Below are positions 26,126 to 34,958 of a stretch of DNA of 34,958 bases, piece by piece. The stretch is from sequence record SRR31156797_1267, one strand, 5' to 3'. The position numbers and the translations under genes are program-made. Under the pieces are notes generated by a model. That model did not search any database. It was not told the origin of the DNA and saw only the letters and a program-made list of their open reading frames with translations. Every line of letters begins with the position of its first letter. Within the stretch, counting starts at the first letter, position 1.

Positions 26126-27298
26126 TTAATTTTTGAGAGCGCTCGATATAACAGTGCATATCTGATCGGAAAGGTTTGAAACCCTGCTTGGCCTGCCGAA
26201 TTTGATCCAGGATATGGCCACATGATCAATACCGCCGAAGAGCATCTTCGTGGCCACGTATGGATTGATTCCGGCTCTATAATGATTTTTCTTTATACCG
26301 TCTACGATGATGTCAAAAAAGACACGAGAAAATTCTTTGAAAAATCTATATCCTTTTGTTTTGTAAAACAACCGATTGTACCGCAGATCGAACAATGTGA
26401 CGGAACTATATTCCTTATGGGAGTCCAGGAAGTGAAGATAATCTTTGATCAGAACTTCAAGCTTAAGATCAATGTCTTTTAAGCCATTCAGGTGTTCTTG
26501 CTGGATAGCAAGCAACGCCTCGGTATTTTCAACAGGGAGACTGAATAAAATCTCTTCTTTGCTTGAGAAATATTTGTATATGGTTGCGTCAGCTACCTTA
26601 GCCAATCTCGCTATGTCCTGAATTCTTGTCTTTGTATATCCGTTTTGTGAAAAGACTTTGCTCGCTGCACGCAAAATCAGCTTCCGCTTGTTTTTTTTGG
26701 CTTCCGGATCAGGTTGCTGATTGGCCATTGCAGGTTCCAAAAGATCGAGCAGGTCATCAAACAAATCCAATGGATCGCTCGGAGTGTTTTCCAGGAGCCA
26801 TGTGATCAGAATAAGGTCAATGGTTCCGAAAATGAAATTAAGCATCAGGGAAGGGCTCAACTCCTGCCGGAATGCGCCTTCCGTTTGCCCTTCCACAATC
26901 GCATCCCTGTAAGGTTTGGCGACTTCTCTGATCAGTTCATAATTCTTGGTTTCATAGAAATCCCTGTTGGGTCTGAGTTCAAACAGGAGCAAGGTTGCGT
27001 AGTCCTTATTGCCAACCAAAAACTCAAAGTAGTTCCAGACCAGTTTTCGAAGTTTAACCTGTCCTCCCCGAAGCCCTCTCAAATGGCGCTTATTTATTTC
27101 AATTAATCTTTGGGTATAGTCCCGAGGGATTGCGAACAGGATATCTTCCTTGTTCTCAAAATGCTCATAAACCGTGCTGTCGCTGATGCCCACTTCGCCC
27201 GAAATTTCAGAGATTTTCGTGTCTGAAAATCCTCTGATTGAGAATAACTTTTCAGCGGTGTTCAAAATAAGCTGCCTGTTTGGGATTCCTTTTCCCAC
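26126..27298 (-). CDS. TetR/AcrR family regulator with two tandem TetR units (FadR-like)
   Basis: HTH1 LILNTAEKLF...GISDSTVYEHFENKEDIL, HTH2 LILRAASKVF...VADATIYKYFSSKEEIL. Start uncertain: GTG 27298 with upstream GGAG, ATG 27322, or TTG 27361. Confidence 0.9.
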   Translation of the reverse strand: MGKGIPNRQLILNTAEKLFSIRGFSDTKISEISGEVGISDSTVYEHFENKEDILFAIPRDYTQRLIEINKRHLRGLRGGQVKLRKLVWNYFEFLVGNKDYATLLLFELRPNRDFYETKNYELIREVAKPYRDAIVEGQTEGAFRQELSPSLMLNFIFGTIDLILITWLLENTPSDPLDLFDDLLDLLEPAMANQQPDPEAKKNKRKLILRAASKVFSQNGYTKTRIQDIARLAKVADATIYKYFSSKEEILFSLPVENTEALLAIQQEHLNGLKDIDLKLEVLIKDYLHFLDSHKEYSSVTLFDLRYNRLFYKTKGYRFFKEFSRVFFDIIVDGIKKNHYRAGINPYVATKMLFGGIDHVAISWIKFGRPSRVSNLSDQICTVISSALKN

Positions 27299-27903
27299 GG
27301 CGGTGACGCTCCAATTCAACATGTCCGTTTCGAATAAAATTCGTTTTATAAATCCTGTCAATTTGAAAATATAGGATTGTTTTTCAGACCGATTTCGAAC
27401 TTTAACATGTTATAAGCTTATATATCAATTGAAAAGTGTCAAAAATTGATTATTTGTCTCTAATAAAGTAATATAATTGACACGAATAGCGTTATGAAAG
27501 ATTTATTATCAATATCTTGGATAGCCAGAAATCGAAGGCGGGCGTCTAAATCAACAATGGGGTTTATCGGTTTCAGGTGTATTGCATGCCATCGACGTCC
27601 AAGGGTTGGCAAGGGTAAAGTCCCGGCTCACCGGGGAGTTTCTCGCGAAAATATCAAAAGATTTGAACGATCAGGTGCTTTTTGGTCGGGTTATGTCGTC
27701 TATTTTTTTTCTTTGTTTCCGGTTTCGAACTAATATTGTTGCAAGAATGGCGTTATCCATATTGAAATAAATGAAATTCGGCCGATATATTTTGAAGCAA
27801 GGGGTGTTTTCTTGACGATTGAAGTAAAAATTTATTAATTAAACATAAAAATATATAATATATATAAAATTCTGAATAAATATTTTTTATATATAAAAAA
27901 ATC

Positions 27904-27932
27904 TTGACACGAATCTCAATATATATTATTGT
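27904..27932 (+). promoter_or_regulatory. Putative sigma70 promoter of the badI/badH-like operon
   Basis: TTGACA (27904-27909), 17 nt, TATTGT (27927-27932); preceded by an almost pure A/T UP-element-like tract. Confidence 0.6.
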
Positions 27933-28079
27933 AGATGACAATCACATTAGGGTGATGGTGCGCTGCTGCAGGAACGCGAAGGTTTTGGTTGAAGCGGGGT
28001 GAGCAATTTTTAAGAAATAATTTAGATCAAACGACAAAAAAACGCATTGCCTTAGATACTTATCTATTTGGAGGAATCC

Positions 28080-28862
28080 ATGGAATTTGAAGACATCCTG
28101 TATGAAAAAGAAGATGGGGTCGCCAAAATTACCATAAATCGGCCTGAAAAACATAACCCCGTTCGCACAAAGACCCTGGCCGAGATGGTGCATGCTTTGG
28201 ATGATGCCAAAGAAGATCACACCATCGGGGTCATTGTTTTGACGGGCGCCGGAGAAAAAGCATTTTGCACCGGGGGTGATTCGGAAGATATCACCGCCGG
28301 TAACGCGGGGTATACCCGCGGCGTCAAGAAAATCTTCGATGTTGAAAGATTGATAAGGATGTCGCAGAAGCCCGTTATCGCGGCCGTGAATGGTTGGGCC
28401 GTGGGCGGAGGGCATATCATGCATGTGTTGTGCGATTTATCCATTGCTTCCGAGAATGCAAAATTTGCACAGGTCGGACCGAAAGTGGGTAGTTTTGAGG
28501 CGGGATTCGGTTCAGCGTACCTGGCCAGAGTTGTGGGGGAGAAGAAGGCGAGGGAGATGTGGTTTCTCAACAAAACCTACACGGCTCAGGAAGCCCTTGA
28601 GATGGGTTTGGTTAATAAAGTTGTTCCTCTTGATAAATTGATGGAAGCGGTGGATGCCTGGTGTCAGGAAATTCTCGACAGGAGCCCCCAGGCCATCAGC
28701 TTCCTCAAAATTGCCCTGAATACCCCCACGGACTGGATCTATGGGCAGCAACGTCTGGCGGGCGAGGGCCTATGGCAATATTATGCAAGCGAAGAAGCCC
28801 GTGAAGGGCGAAATGGCTTTCTGGAAAAGCGGAAACCCAATTTCAGGCAGTTTCTAAAATAG
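28080..28862 (+). CDS. badI: MenB/BadI-type crotonase; probable 2-ketocyclohexanecarboxyl-CoA hydrolase-like ring-opening enzyme
   Basis: MEFEDILYE, AFCTGGD, QVGPKVGSFEAGFG..YLARVVGEKKARE.W, YYASEEAREG...EKRKPNF; adjacent to a badH-like gene; RBS GGAGG. Confidence 0.75.
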   Translation: MEFEDILYEKEDGVAKITINRPEKHNPVRTKTLAEMVHALDDAKEDHTIGVIVLTGAGEKAFCTGGDSEDITAGNAGYTRGVKKIFDVERLIRMSQKPVIAAVNGWAVGGGHIMHVLCDLSIASENAKFAQVGPKVGSFEAGFGSAYLARVVGEKKAREMWFLNKTYTAQEALEMGLVNKVVPLDKLMEAVDAWCQEILDRSPQAISFLKIALNTPTDWIYGQQRLAGEGLWQYYASEEAREGRNGFLEKRKPNFRQFLK

Positions 28863-28897
28863 GCTGGTGGAATAAAGGGGACTAGGGAGGAGAAAGT

Positions 28898-29650
28898 ATG
28901 GACATCAAGGGAAAAAAGGCCATCGTCACGGGAGCCGCCAAGGGAATCGGAAAAGGGATCGCATTGAAGCTGGCGGAGTATGGGGCCGATGTGGCATTGG
29001 TGGATATCGACGAAACCGTGCTGGCGGAAACGGAAGCTGAAATTATCAAGCGTCACGGAGTGGAGACCGTCTGTTTGAAGGTTGATGTTTCGGATCTTGA
29101 CCAGACCAAAACCATGGTTGATGAAACCCTGGGAAAATTGGGACGTATCGATATCCTGGTCAACAATGTGGGTTGGGACGTTGCACAACCCTTTTGGAAA
29201 ACAACGGAAGAATTCCGCGAAAAAGTCATTAATATCAACTATAAGGGGCCTGTAAATTGCTGTTACTGGACGGTTCCCCACATGATTGAAAACCAAAGTG
29301 GCAAGATCATAAACGTCGCCAGTGACGCCGGACGGGTCGGGAGTCTGGGGGAAACGGTCTACGCAGGTTGCAAGGGGGGGGTCATCGCCTTCACCAAATC
29401 CCTTGCCAGAGAAGTGGCCCGGTACAAGATAAACGTGAATTGCATATGTCCGGGGCCCACGGAGACGCCGGGACATATGGAGGGGACAACACCCAACCTG
29501 CGGGAAGCCTTTACCAAGGCTATCCCTTTCCGTCGATACGCAACGCCTGAAGAACAAGGCAATGCCGTGCTGTTTTTTGCATCCCCTTTGGCCGAATATA
29601 TTACGGGCCAGATCATCAGCGTAAGCGGCGGCCTCACCATGGCGGGATGA
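28898..29650 (+). CDS. badH: SDR, 2-hydroxycyclohexanecarboxyl-CoA dehydrogenase-like
   Basis: BadH-type signatures NNVGWD, ASDAGRVGS.GE.VY.GCKGG, CPGPT.T, EAFTKAIP, SVSGGLTM.G. Confidence 0.8.
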   Translation: MDIKGKKAIVTGAAKGIGKGIALKLAEYGADVALVDIDETVLAETEAEIIKRHGVETVCLKVDVSDLDQTKTMVDETLGKLGRIDILVNNVGWDVAQPFWKTTEEFREKVININYKGPVNCCYWTVPHMIENQSGKIINVASDAGRVGSLGETVYAGCKGGVIAFTKSLAREVARYKINVNCICPGPTETPGHMEGTTPNLREAFTKAIPFRRYATPEEQGNAVLFFASPLAEYITGQIISVSGGLTMAG

Positions 29651-29691
29651 TTTGATATGCTGGAAGGTTCAGTGGAGGGCAGGGAAGGACG

Positions 29692-30834
29692 ATGGCATTA
29701 AAGGAAGAGCATAAGATGGTGCGCCACATGATACGGAAACTCTGTCGTGAGCAGGTTGCCCCAAGGGCCCAGGAAGCGGATGAAACAAAAGAGTACCCGT
29801 GGGACCTGCACCAACTGTTTATCGATAGCGGGCTGTTCAATATCCGGGTACCTGAAAAACATGGCGGCGCTGAAATGGACTACACCTCAGCATGCATAAT
29901 GGTGGAGGAGGTCGCCCGGGTGGATGGGGCCTGTGCCAATACGGTGGCCCACCATCAGGCAGGAATGTGCTGCTTCATGGACGGCGCCGACGAAACCCAG
30001 AAAGGGAAATATCTCCCGAAAATCGGTGCGGGGGACTATCTGGTGGGCTTTGCCCTGACCGAGCCCAATGCAGGATCCGATGCATTCTCTCTCAAGACAC
30101 GCGCCGTGGCTGATGGAGACGGTTATGTGATTAACGGTACCAAATGTTTCATATCCAACAGTGGCCTGACAGACCTTTATGTGGTTTTTGCAACCATGGA
30201 TCCGGCGTTGAGGCGTGACGGTATCACCGCTTTTCTGGTGGAGAAAGATACCGCGGGGCTGGTCATGGGAAAGAATGAAAATAAAATGGGTTTGAGAGCC
30301 TCCCCTACCCGTCAGCTGATTTTTGAAGACATGCGGGTTCCCAAAGAGAACCTTTTGGGGGAGGTCGGCAGGGGTTGGGAGCTGGTGCTCCAGTCCCTTA
30401 CGGAGACCCGGGTTCTGGTGGCGGCCATGGCGCTGGGGATCGCACAGGGCGCCATGGAAGCGGCGGTATCCTATTCCAAGGAGAGGGAACAGTTTGGGAA
30501 ACCGATCGCAGGGTTTCAGGGGATATCCTTTATGTTGGCGGACATGGCCATACAGGTGGAATGTGCCAGGGCCCTTATTTACCAGATCGCGTCAATGGTC
30601 GACCAGGGAATACGGGATCAGGCTTACCTGGCATCCGTGGCCAAATGCTTTGCCTCTGACATGGCCATGAAGGTAACCACAGATGCGGTTCAGGTCATGG
30701 GGGGATACGGATATACAAAGGAGTACCCCGTGGAAAAAATGATGCGGGATGCCAAATCCACGCAGATCATTGAGGGTGCAAACCAGATACAGCGGGTTCA
30801 AATCGCCCGGAGTCTTATGAAAATGGTTCACTGA
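29692..30834 (+). CDS. Acyl-CoA dehydrogenase
   Basis: FALTEPNAGSD, INGTKCFISN, KMGLRASPT, REQFGKPI, QVMGGYGY, RDAK..QIIEGANQIQR. Confidence 0.94.
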   Translation: MALKEEHKMVRHMIRKLCREQVAPRAQEADETKEYPWDLHQLFIDSGLFNIRVPEKHGGAEMDYTSACIMVEEVARVDGACANTVAHHQAGMCCFMDGADETQKGKYLPKIGAGDYLVGFALTEPNAGSDAFSLKTRAVADGDGYVINGTKCFISNSGLTDLYVVFATMDPALRRDGITAFLVEKDTAGLVMGKNENKMGLRASPTRQLIFEDMRVPKENLLGEVGRGWELVLQSLTETRVLVAAMALGIAQGAMEAAVSYSKEREQFGKPIAGFQGISFMLADMAIQVECARALIYQIASMVDQGIRDQAYLASVAKCFASDMAMKVTTDAVQVMGGYGYTKEYPVEKMMRDAKSTQIIEGANQIQRVQIARSLMKMVH

Positions 30835-30861
30835 GTTAGCCAGTGAGGAAGGGAATAGAAA

Positions 30862-32085
30862 TTGAGGCCGGAAAAAAGAGAGAATGATGTGGTGATCGTC
30901 AGTGCCGCGAGGACGCCTTTCGGGCGTTTCGGGGGAGCGCTCAGGGATGTGCCGGGTCTTGAACTGGCTGTTACGGCAGCCAGGGAGGCCATCCGGCGTA
31001 GCGGACGGGAAGATATTTCCATAGATGAGGTGATCTATGGCTGTTGCGCCCAGTGTGAATTCAAGCCCTTGGCACCTATCGTGGCCAGGCAGATATCACT
31101 CAAATTGGGTCTGCCCCCGGAGGTGGTGAGCATTACGGTGGAACGGGCCTGTTGCTCCTCTCTTGCGGCCGTACAGATTGGCCAGCGCGACATAGCAACC
31201 CATAACGCCCATGCGGTCTTGACCGGTGGTGTGGAAAACATGAGCCGTATCCCCTATCTGGTTCGGGACATGCGGTGGGGAACACGAATAGGTGACGTGA
31301 CACTGGTGGATGATTTGTTCAAAATGGAATCGGCGCCGGGTTATGGGGCCGTGGCCAAGGATGCGGGAGAGGTGGCCCTGGAGTACGGTTTTTCGAGGGA
31401 AGACCAGGACCGGTGGGCCTATAACAGCCAGATGCGTTATCAGGCAGCGTTCAAGGCAGGAAAATACAAGGAAGAAATCGTCCCCGTAACCATCCCGCAA
31501 AGAAAGGGGGCCCCCAAGATATTCGATGAGGACGAATTTCCAAAACCGGACACAACCCTGGAAGGTTTGAAAAAACTCCGCACCGTTTACAATTCGCCGA
31601 CCGTAACGCCGGGAAGCGCCCCCGGTCTGGATGCGGGGGCTTCATCGGTTCTCATCATGAGAAGAAGTCAGGCGGAGACTTTGGGGATTCAGCCCCTTGC
31701 GAAAATATTGACGGTTCAGAGCGCGGCGGGTGATCCCCACTATATGGCCACGGTGCCTGCCGTTGCCATTCAAAAGGCGCTCAAAAAGACAGGCTTGACC
31801 GTGGAGGACCTGAGCCTCATTGAGATCAATGAGGCCTTTGCCGCGGTGCCTCTGGTCAGTCTCAAGATCCTGGCCGGAATGGATGATTCCAGGACCAAGG
31901 AACTTTTTGAAATCACCAACGTCAACGGCGATGCCATTGCGATCGGTCATCCGGTGGGGGCCAGCGGCGGCCGCGTGTTGTTGACCTTAATGTATGAACT
32001 TCGAAGAAGGGGCGGCGGTTTCGGCGCGGCTTCCCTTTGCGGCGGCCTTTCCCAGGGAGATGCCGCTATCATCGAGGTGGAGTAG
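30862..32085 (+). CDS. Acetyl-CoA C-acyltransferase (thiolase)
   Basis: SAARTPFG, RACCSS (nucleophile Cys), GGVENMS, EINEAFA, IAIGHPVGASG, SLCGG; TTG start. Confidence 0.92.
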   Translation: MRPEKRENDVVIVSAARTPFGRFGGALRDVPGLELAVTAAREAIRRSGREDISIDEVIYGCCAQCEFKPLAPIVARQISLKLGLPPEVVSITVERACCSSLAAVQIGQRDIATHNAHAVLTGGVENMSRIPYLVRDMRWGTRIGDVTLVDDLFKMESAPGYGAVAKDAGEVALEYGFSREDQDRWAYNSQMRYQAAFKAGKYKEEIVPVTIPQRKGAPKIFDEDEFPKPDTTLEGLKKLRTVYNSPTVTPGSAPGLDAGASSVLIMRRSQAETLGIQPLAKILTVQSAAGDPHYMATVPAVAIQKALKKTGLTVEDLSLIEINEAFAAVPLVSLKILAGMDDSRTKELFEITNVNGDAIAIGHPVGASGGRVLLTLMYELRRRGGGFGAASLCGGLSQGDAAIIEVE

Positions 32086-32118
32086 ACGTACGGTCAATCA
32101 ACGGATCGGGAGGAAATC

Positions 32119-32982
32119 ATGGAAGTGAAACGGATCGCCGTGCTGGGCTTGGGAATCATGGGGCACGGTATTGCTCAGGTGGCGGCACAGTCGGGATTTG
32201 CGGTTTCGGCATTTGACATCAACCATAAGGCGGTCATGAAAGGATTGGGCTTCATTCATAAAAGCCTGGGCCGCATGGTCAAAAAGAAAAAGTTGAGCGG
32301 CCATGAAGCCGAAGGGATAACCTCACGCATTGCCCATTCGACGAATCTTGTTTCGGCCGTCGAGGGAGCCGATATGGTTATCGAGGCTATCCCCGAAATC
32401 CTGGATTTGAAAAGGGAGACCTTTCAGAAAATCGCCCCCTCGCTCAAGTCCGACACCATCATCGCAACCAACACGTCACAATTCAGCATTACCGACCTGG
32501 CTTCCGCCAGCGGGCGGCCCGACCGGGTCATCGGCATGCATTGGTTCAATCCGCCCCAGATCATGAGACTGATAGAACTGGTTCGGGGTCTGGAGACCTC
32601 GGACCATACCCTGGAGATGGTTCAAGCGCTGTGCGCCGCCTTTGGAAAAGAGACCATTGTCTGCCGAAAGGATGTGCCCGGGTTTGTCACCACGCGCATG
32701 GTCAATGTTCTCCTTGCGGAGGCATATCGGCTGGTGGAAGAGGGGGTAGCCACTGCCGAGGATGTGGACAAGGCCGCGAAACTGGCCTTCAACCATCCCA
32801 TGGGCCCTCTCGAACTGGCCGATTTTTCAGGCCTGGACACGGCACTGCGAACGGCCACGGCTTTGGAGTCCGTCTATGGGGACCGTTATAAACCCACCCA
32901 TACCATGCGCAACCTGGTGCGAGCAGGTTATCTGGGTAGGAAAACCAAACGGGGTTGGCACGACTATGAAACCCGCAAATGA
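32119..32982 (+). CDS. 3-hydroxyacyl-CoA dehydrogenase (Hbd/PaaH type)
   Basis: GLGIMGHGIAQ, IEAIPE, ATNTS, GMHWFNP...LIE, PGFV..R, HPMGPLELADF.GLD, GRKT. Confidence 0.93.
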   Translation: MEVKRIAVLGLGIMGHGIAQVAAQSGFAVSAFDINHKAVMKGLGFIHKSLGRMVKKKKLSGHEAEGITSRIAHSTNLVSAVEGADMVIEAIPEILDLKRETFQKIAPSLKSDTIIATNTSQFSITDLASASGRPDRVIGMHWFNPPQIMRLIELVRGLETSDHTLEMVQALCAAFGKETIVCRKDVPGFVTTRMVNVLLAEAYRLVEEGVATAEDVDKAAKLAFNHPMGPLELADFSGLDTALRTATALESVYGDRYKPTHTMRNLVRAGYLGRKTKRGWHDYETRK

Positions 32983-33000
32983 AAAAAGTAGGAGTTAAAC

Positions 33001-33840
33001 ATGGAATATGAAAGGATCCTTTTTGAAAAGGACGGCAGGCTTGCCTATATCACGCTGAATCAGCCTGATCGTATGAACCCCATCGGCATCAAGACCCAGC
33101 GAGAGATTGTATCTGCCATCGACGAAATCAACAATGATGATGATATCCGCGTGGGGATTATCCGGGGGGCCGGCAAGGATTTTTCCGTCGGTTACGACCT
33201 GGATGATATCGATCCCGCCAGTACCGTGGCCTGGCAGCTCATAGAAGATAGAAAAGGGAATATGCTGGAAGACCGGAATCGACTGTACACCATCTCCAAG
33301 AGATGGATGAACATCTGGGAATCCCCCAAGAGCTTTCTTTGCCAACTGCAGGGGCAGTGTCTTGCCGGGGGGACGGATATCGCTTTGGTGTGTGATATGA
33401 CCATTGCCGATGAAAGGGCGAGGATAGGGCATCCGGGTGTGAGAGGGATCGGCACTCCCATCAGCGCCCCCTGGACCTATCTGCTCGGATCCATGCGGGC
33501 CAAGAGGCTCCTTTTGACGGGCGATACCATCAGCGGCAAGAAGGCCGCGGATTGGGGGTTGATCACCATGGCGGTTCCCGGCGACAAGCTGGAAGACGAG
33601 GTGTTGAGGATGGCCAAAAGAATGGCGGCGATTCCGGGCGACATGAGGGCCATAAACAAATACGCCAGCAACAAGGTGATTGAGCTTATGGGATTCAAGG
33701 AATCGATCATCGCCTACTGCGAGTTGAACGCCATGGGGCACTTCATGCCGACGGTTAAGGAGTTCTGGGCGAGGGTGGATGAAGAGGGTTTGGGCAAGGC
33801 CTTGAAATGGAGAGACCGGGACTTTGAGGAGAACCAATAA
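33001..33840 (+). CDS. Crotonase-superfamily protein (non-canonical enoyl-CoA hydratase/hydrolase)
   Basis: ITLNQPDRMN, FSVGYDL, CLAGGTDIALVCD, AKRLLLTGD.ISG..A..WGL. Confidence 0.87.
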   Translation: MEYERILFEKDGRLAYITLNQPDRMNPIGIKTQREIVSAIDEINNDDDIRVGIIRGAGKDFSVGYDLDDIDPASTVAWQLIEDRKGNMLEDRNRLYTISKRWMNIWESPKSFLCQLQGQCLAGGTDIALVCDMTIADERARIGHPGVRGIGTPISAPWTYLLGSMRAKRLLLTGDTISGKKAADWGLITMAVPGDKLEDEVLRMAKRMAAIPGDMRAINKYASNKVIELMGFKESIIAYCELNAMGHFMPTVKEFWARVDEEGLGKALKWRDRDFEENQ

Positions 33841-34958
33841 TGTCGCTGGAACTACCCGAAGAGATTTCCATACTAAAAGACATGGTTCGCCGGTTTGTGG
33901 AAAAGGAAGTGGAGCCCCTTGGAGAGATCATTGAAGAGGAAAGCACGATTCCCGACGATCTGGTGGCAAAGGCCAAGGCTTTGGGGTTTTTCGGTCTCAC
34001 TATCCCTGAAGCGTATGGCGGTTCCGGCATAGGTCCTCTCGGTTATGCCGTGGTGCGGGAAGAACTGGCGCGGACCAATATGGGATTCGGGAGCCTCTTC
34101 CTTGTCAACAACGGCATCGGTTCCAAGGGCATCCAGTATCAGGGTAACGAGGCGCAAAAAAAGAAATACCTGCCCAAGCTGGCACAGGGAGACAAGATCG
34201 CGTGCTTTGCCCTGACCGAACCGGATGCCGGCTCGGACGCCGCGGCCATAAAGACCACTGCCGAACGCCGAGGGGACCATTTCGTCATCAACGGAACCAA
34301 ACAGTTTATTACCAACGGCCCTGTTGCGGACGTGGCCACCGTCATCGCCGTTACCGACAAAAAGCTGGGAGCCCGCGGTGGGATCAGCGCCATCCTGGTG
34401 GATAAGGGCACCGAAGGTTTTATCCAGGGAAAATCGGAAAAGAAAATGGGTTGGCACGGCTCTCCCACCAGCAGTCTCATTTTCGAAGACTGTCGCATTC
34501 CGGCCGGGAATCTCCTTGGAGAATTGGGGAAAGGGTTTGCCGTGGCCATGAAGACACTCGCCTTTGGCCGTCTGGGCGTGGCGGCCACGGCCCTTGGGGC
34601 GGCCCGGAAGGTCTTTGAGATGGCCTGCGACTACGCCGCACAGAGGGTGGCCTTCGGAAAGCCCATCGGAAAGCAGCAGTTTATTCAAGGGATGATTGCG
34701 GATATGGCCACCGAGATTTGGGCGGCCAGCCTGATGATCTACAGTCTTGCCAAAGACATGGAAGCCGGCCTTGAACGGAACACGGAGGCCTCCATGGCAA
34801 AGGTCTTTGCCACTGAAGTAGCGGGGCGTGCGGCCGATGCCAATGTGCAGATCCATGGGGGAATGGGGTATATGAGGGAACACCCGGCGGAGCGGTTTTA
34901 TAGGGATGTTCGTCTTCTTCGCATCGTGGAGGGGACCTCCGAAATCCAGAGGACCGTC
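33840..34958 (+). CDS. Acyl-CoA dehydrogenase, 3'-truncated by the window edge (absent from the supplied ORF track)
   Basis: ATG in TAATG overlap. Manual translation: MSLELPEEISILKDMVRRFVEKEV...FALTEPDAGSD...INGTKQFITNG...QIHGGMGY...YRDVRLLRIVEGTSEIQRTV, with no stop. Confidence 0.92.
   Translation, partial: MSLELPEEISILKDMVRRFVEKEVEPLGEIIEEESTIPDDLVAKAKALGFFGLTIPEAYGGSGIGPLGYAVVREELARTNMGFGSLFLVNNGIGSKGIQYQGNEAQKKKYLPKLAQGDKIACFALTEPDAGSDAAAIKTTAERRGDHFVINGTKQFITNGPVADVATVIAVTDKKLGARGGISAILVDKGTEGFIQGKSEKKMGWHGSPTSSLIFEDCRIPAGNLLGELGKGFAVAMKTLAFGRLGVAATALGAARKVFEMACDYAAQRVAFGKPIGKQQFIQGMIADMATEIWAASLMIYSLAKDMEAGLERNTEASMAKVFATEVAGRAADANVQIHGGMGYMREHPAERFYRDVRLLRIVEGTSEIQRTV

Noticed and set aside
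27494-27941. Small ORFs in the divergent spacer (27494-27733, 27582-27770, 27753-27941)
   Set aside because: No recognisable motif or convincing RBS; not supportable as genes
27362-28079. Sigma54 promoter or riboswitch in the long spacer
   Set aside because: No TGGC-N7-TTGC spacing found on either strand by eye and no riboswitch consensus recognised
28080-28862. Menaquinone biosynthesis (menB, with the ligases as menE)
   Set aside because: No menF, menD, menC or menA in the window; the neighbours are badH-like and beta-oxidation genes
4874-34883. Long antisense or alternate-frame ORFs (e.g. 4874-5869, 7588-8553, 19870-20613, 28781-29557, 32995-33837, 33873-34883)
   Set aside because: They overlap well-supported genes on the other strand, show no motifs, and are expected shadows of coding sequence
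1-34958. CRISPR array, IS/transposase, integrase, tRNA or rRNA
   Set aside because: No regularly spaced repeats, no such ORFs, and intergenic gaps show no structural RNA signatures

Overview
Gene-dense bacterial catabolic region. Gene content (Isf flavoprotein, CCG-domain Fe-S protein, tandem TetRs, class III PHA synthase) suggests an anaerobe, possibly Desulfobacterota-like; this is inference only. Three blocks. (1) 1-17856, + strand: a 5'-truncated CoA-transferase and a double-TetR regulator, then an apparent operon of two SDRs, a crotonase, an iron-sulfur flavoprotein, two acyl-CoA ligases flanking a Liv-type ABC importer, class III PHA synthase phaE-phaC, two alpha/beta hydrolases and a MaoC/PhaJ hydratase. 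It looks like an import-activate-polymerise polyhydroxyalkanoate module with no thiolase or phasin. (2) 17913-25859, - strand, more AT-rich: GntR, a divergent MmgE/PrpD protein, a GlcD-like FAD oxidoreductase with an altered active-site motif, a GlcF-like Fe-S/CCG subunit and a TRAP transporter, suggesting an unassigned organic-acid catabolic pathway. (3) 26126-34958: a second double-TetR, divergent across an AT-rich repeat-containing spacer from a badI/badH-like alicyclic ring-opening and beta-oxidation operon that runs off the right edge. No rRNA, tRNA, CRISPR array or transposase was seen. All product calls come from motif recognition by eye, not database searches.
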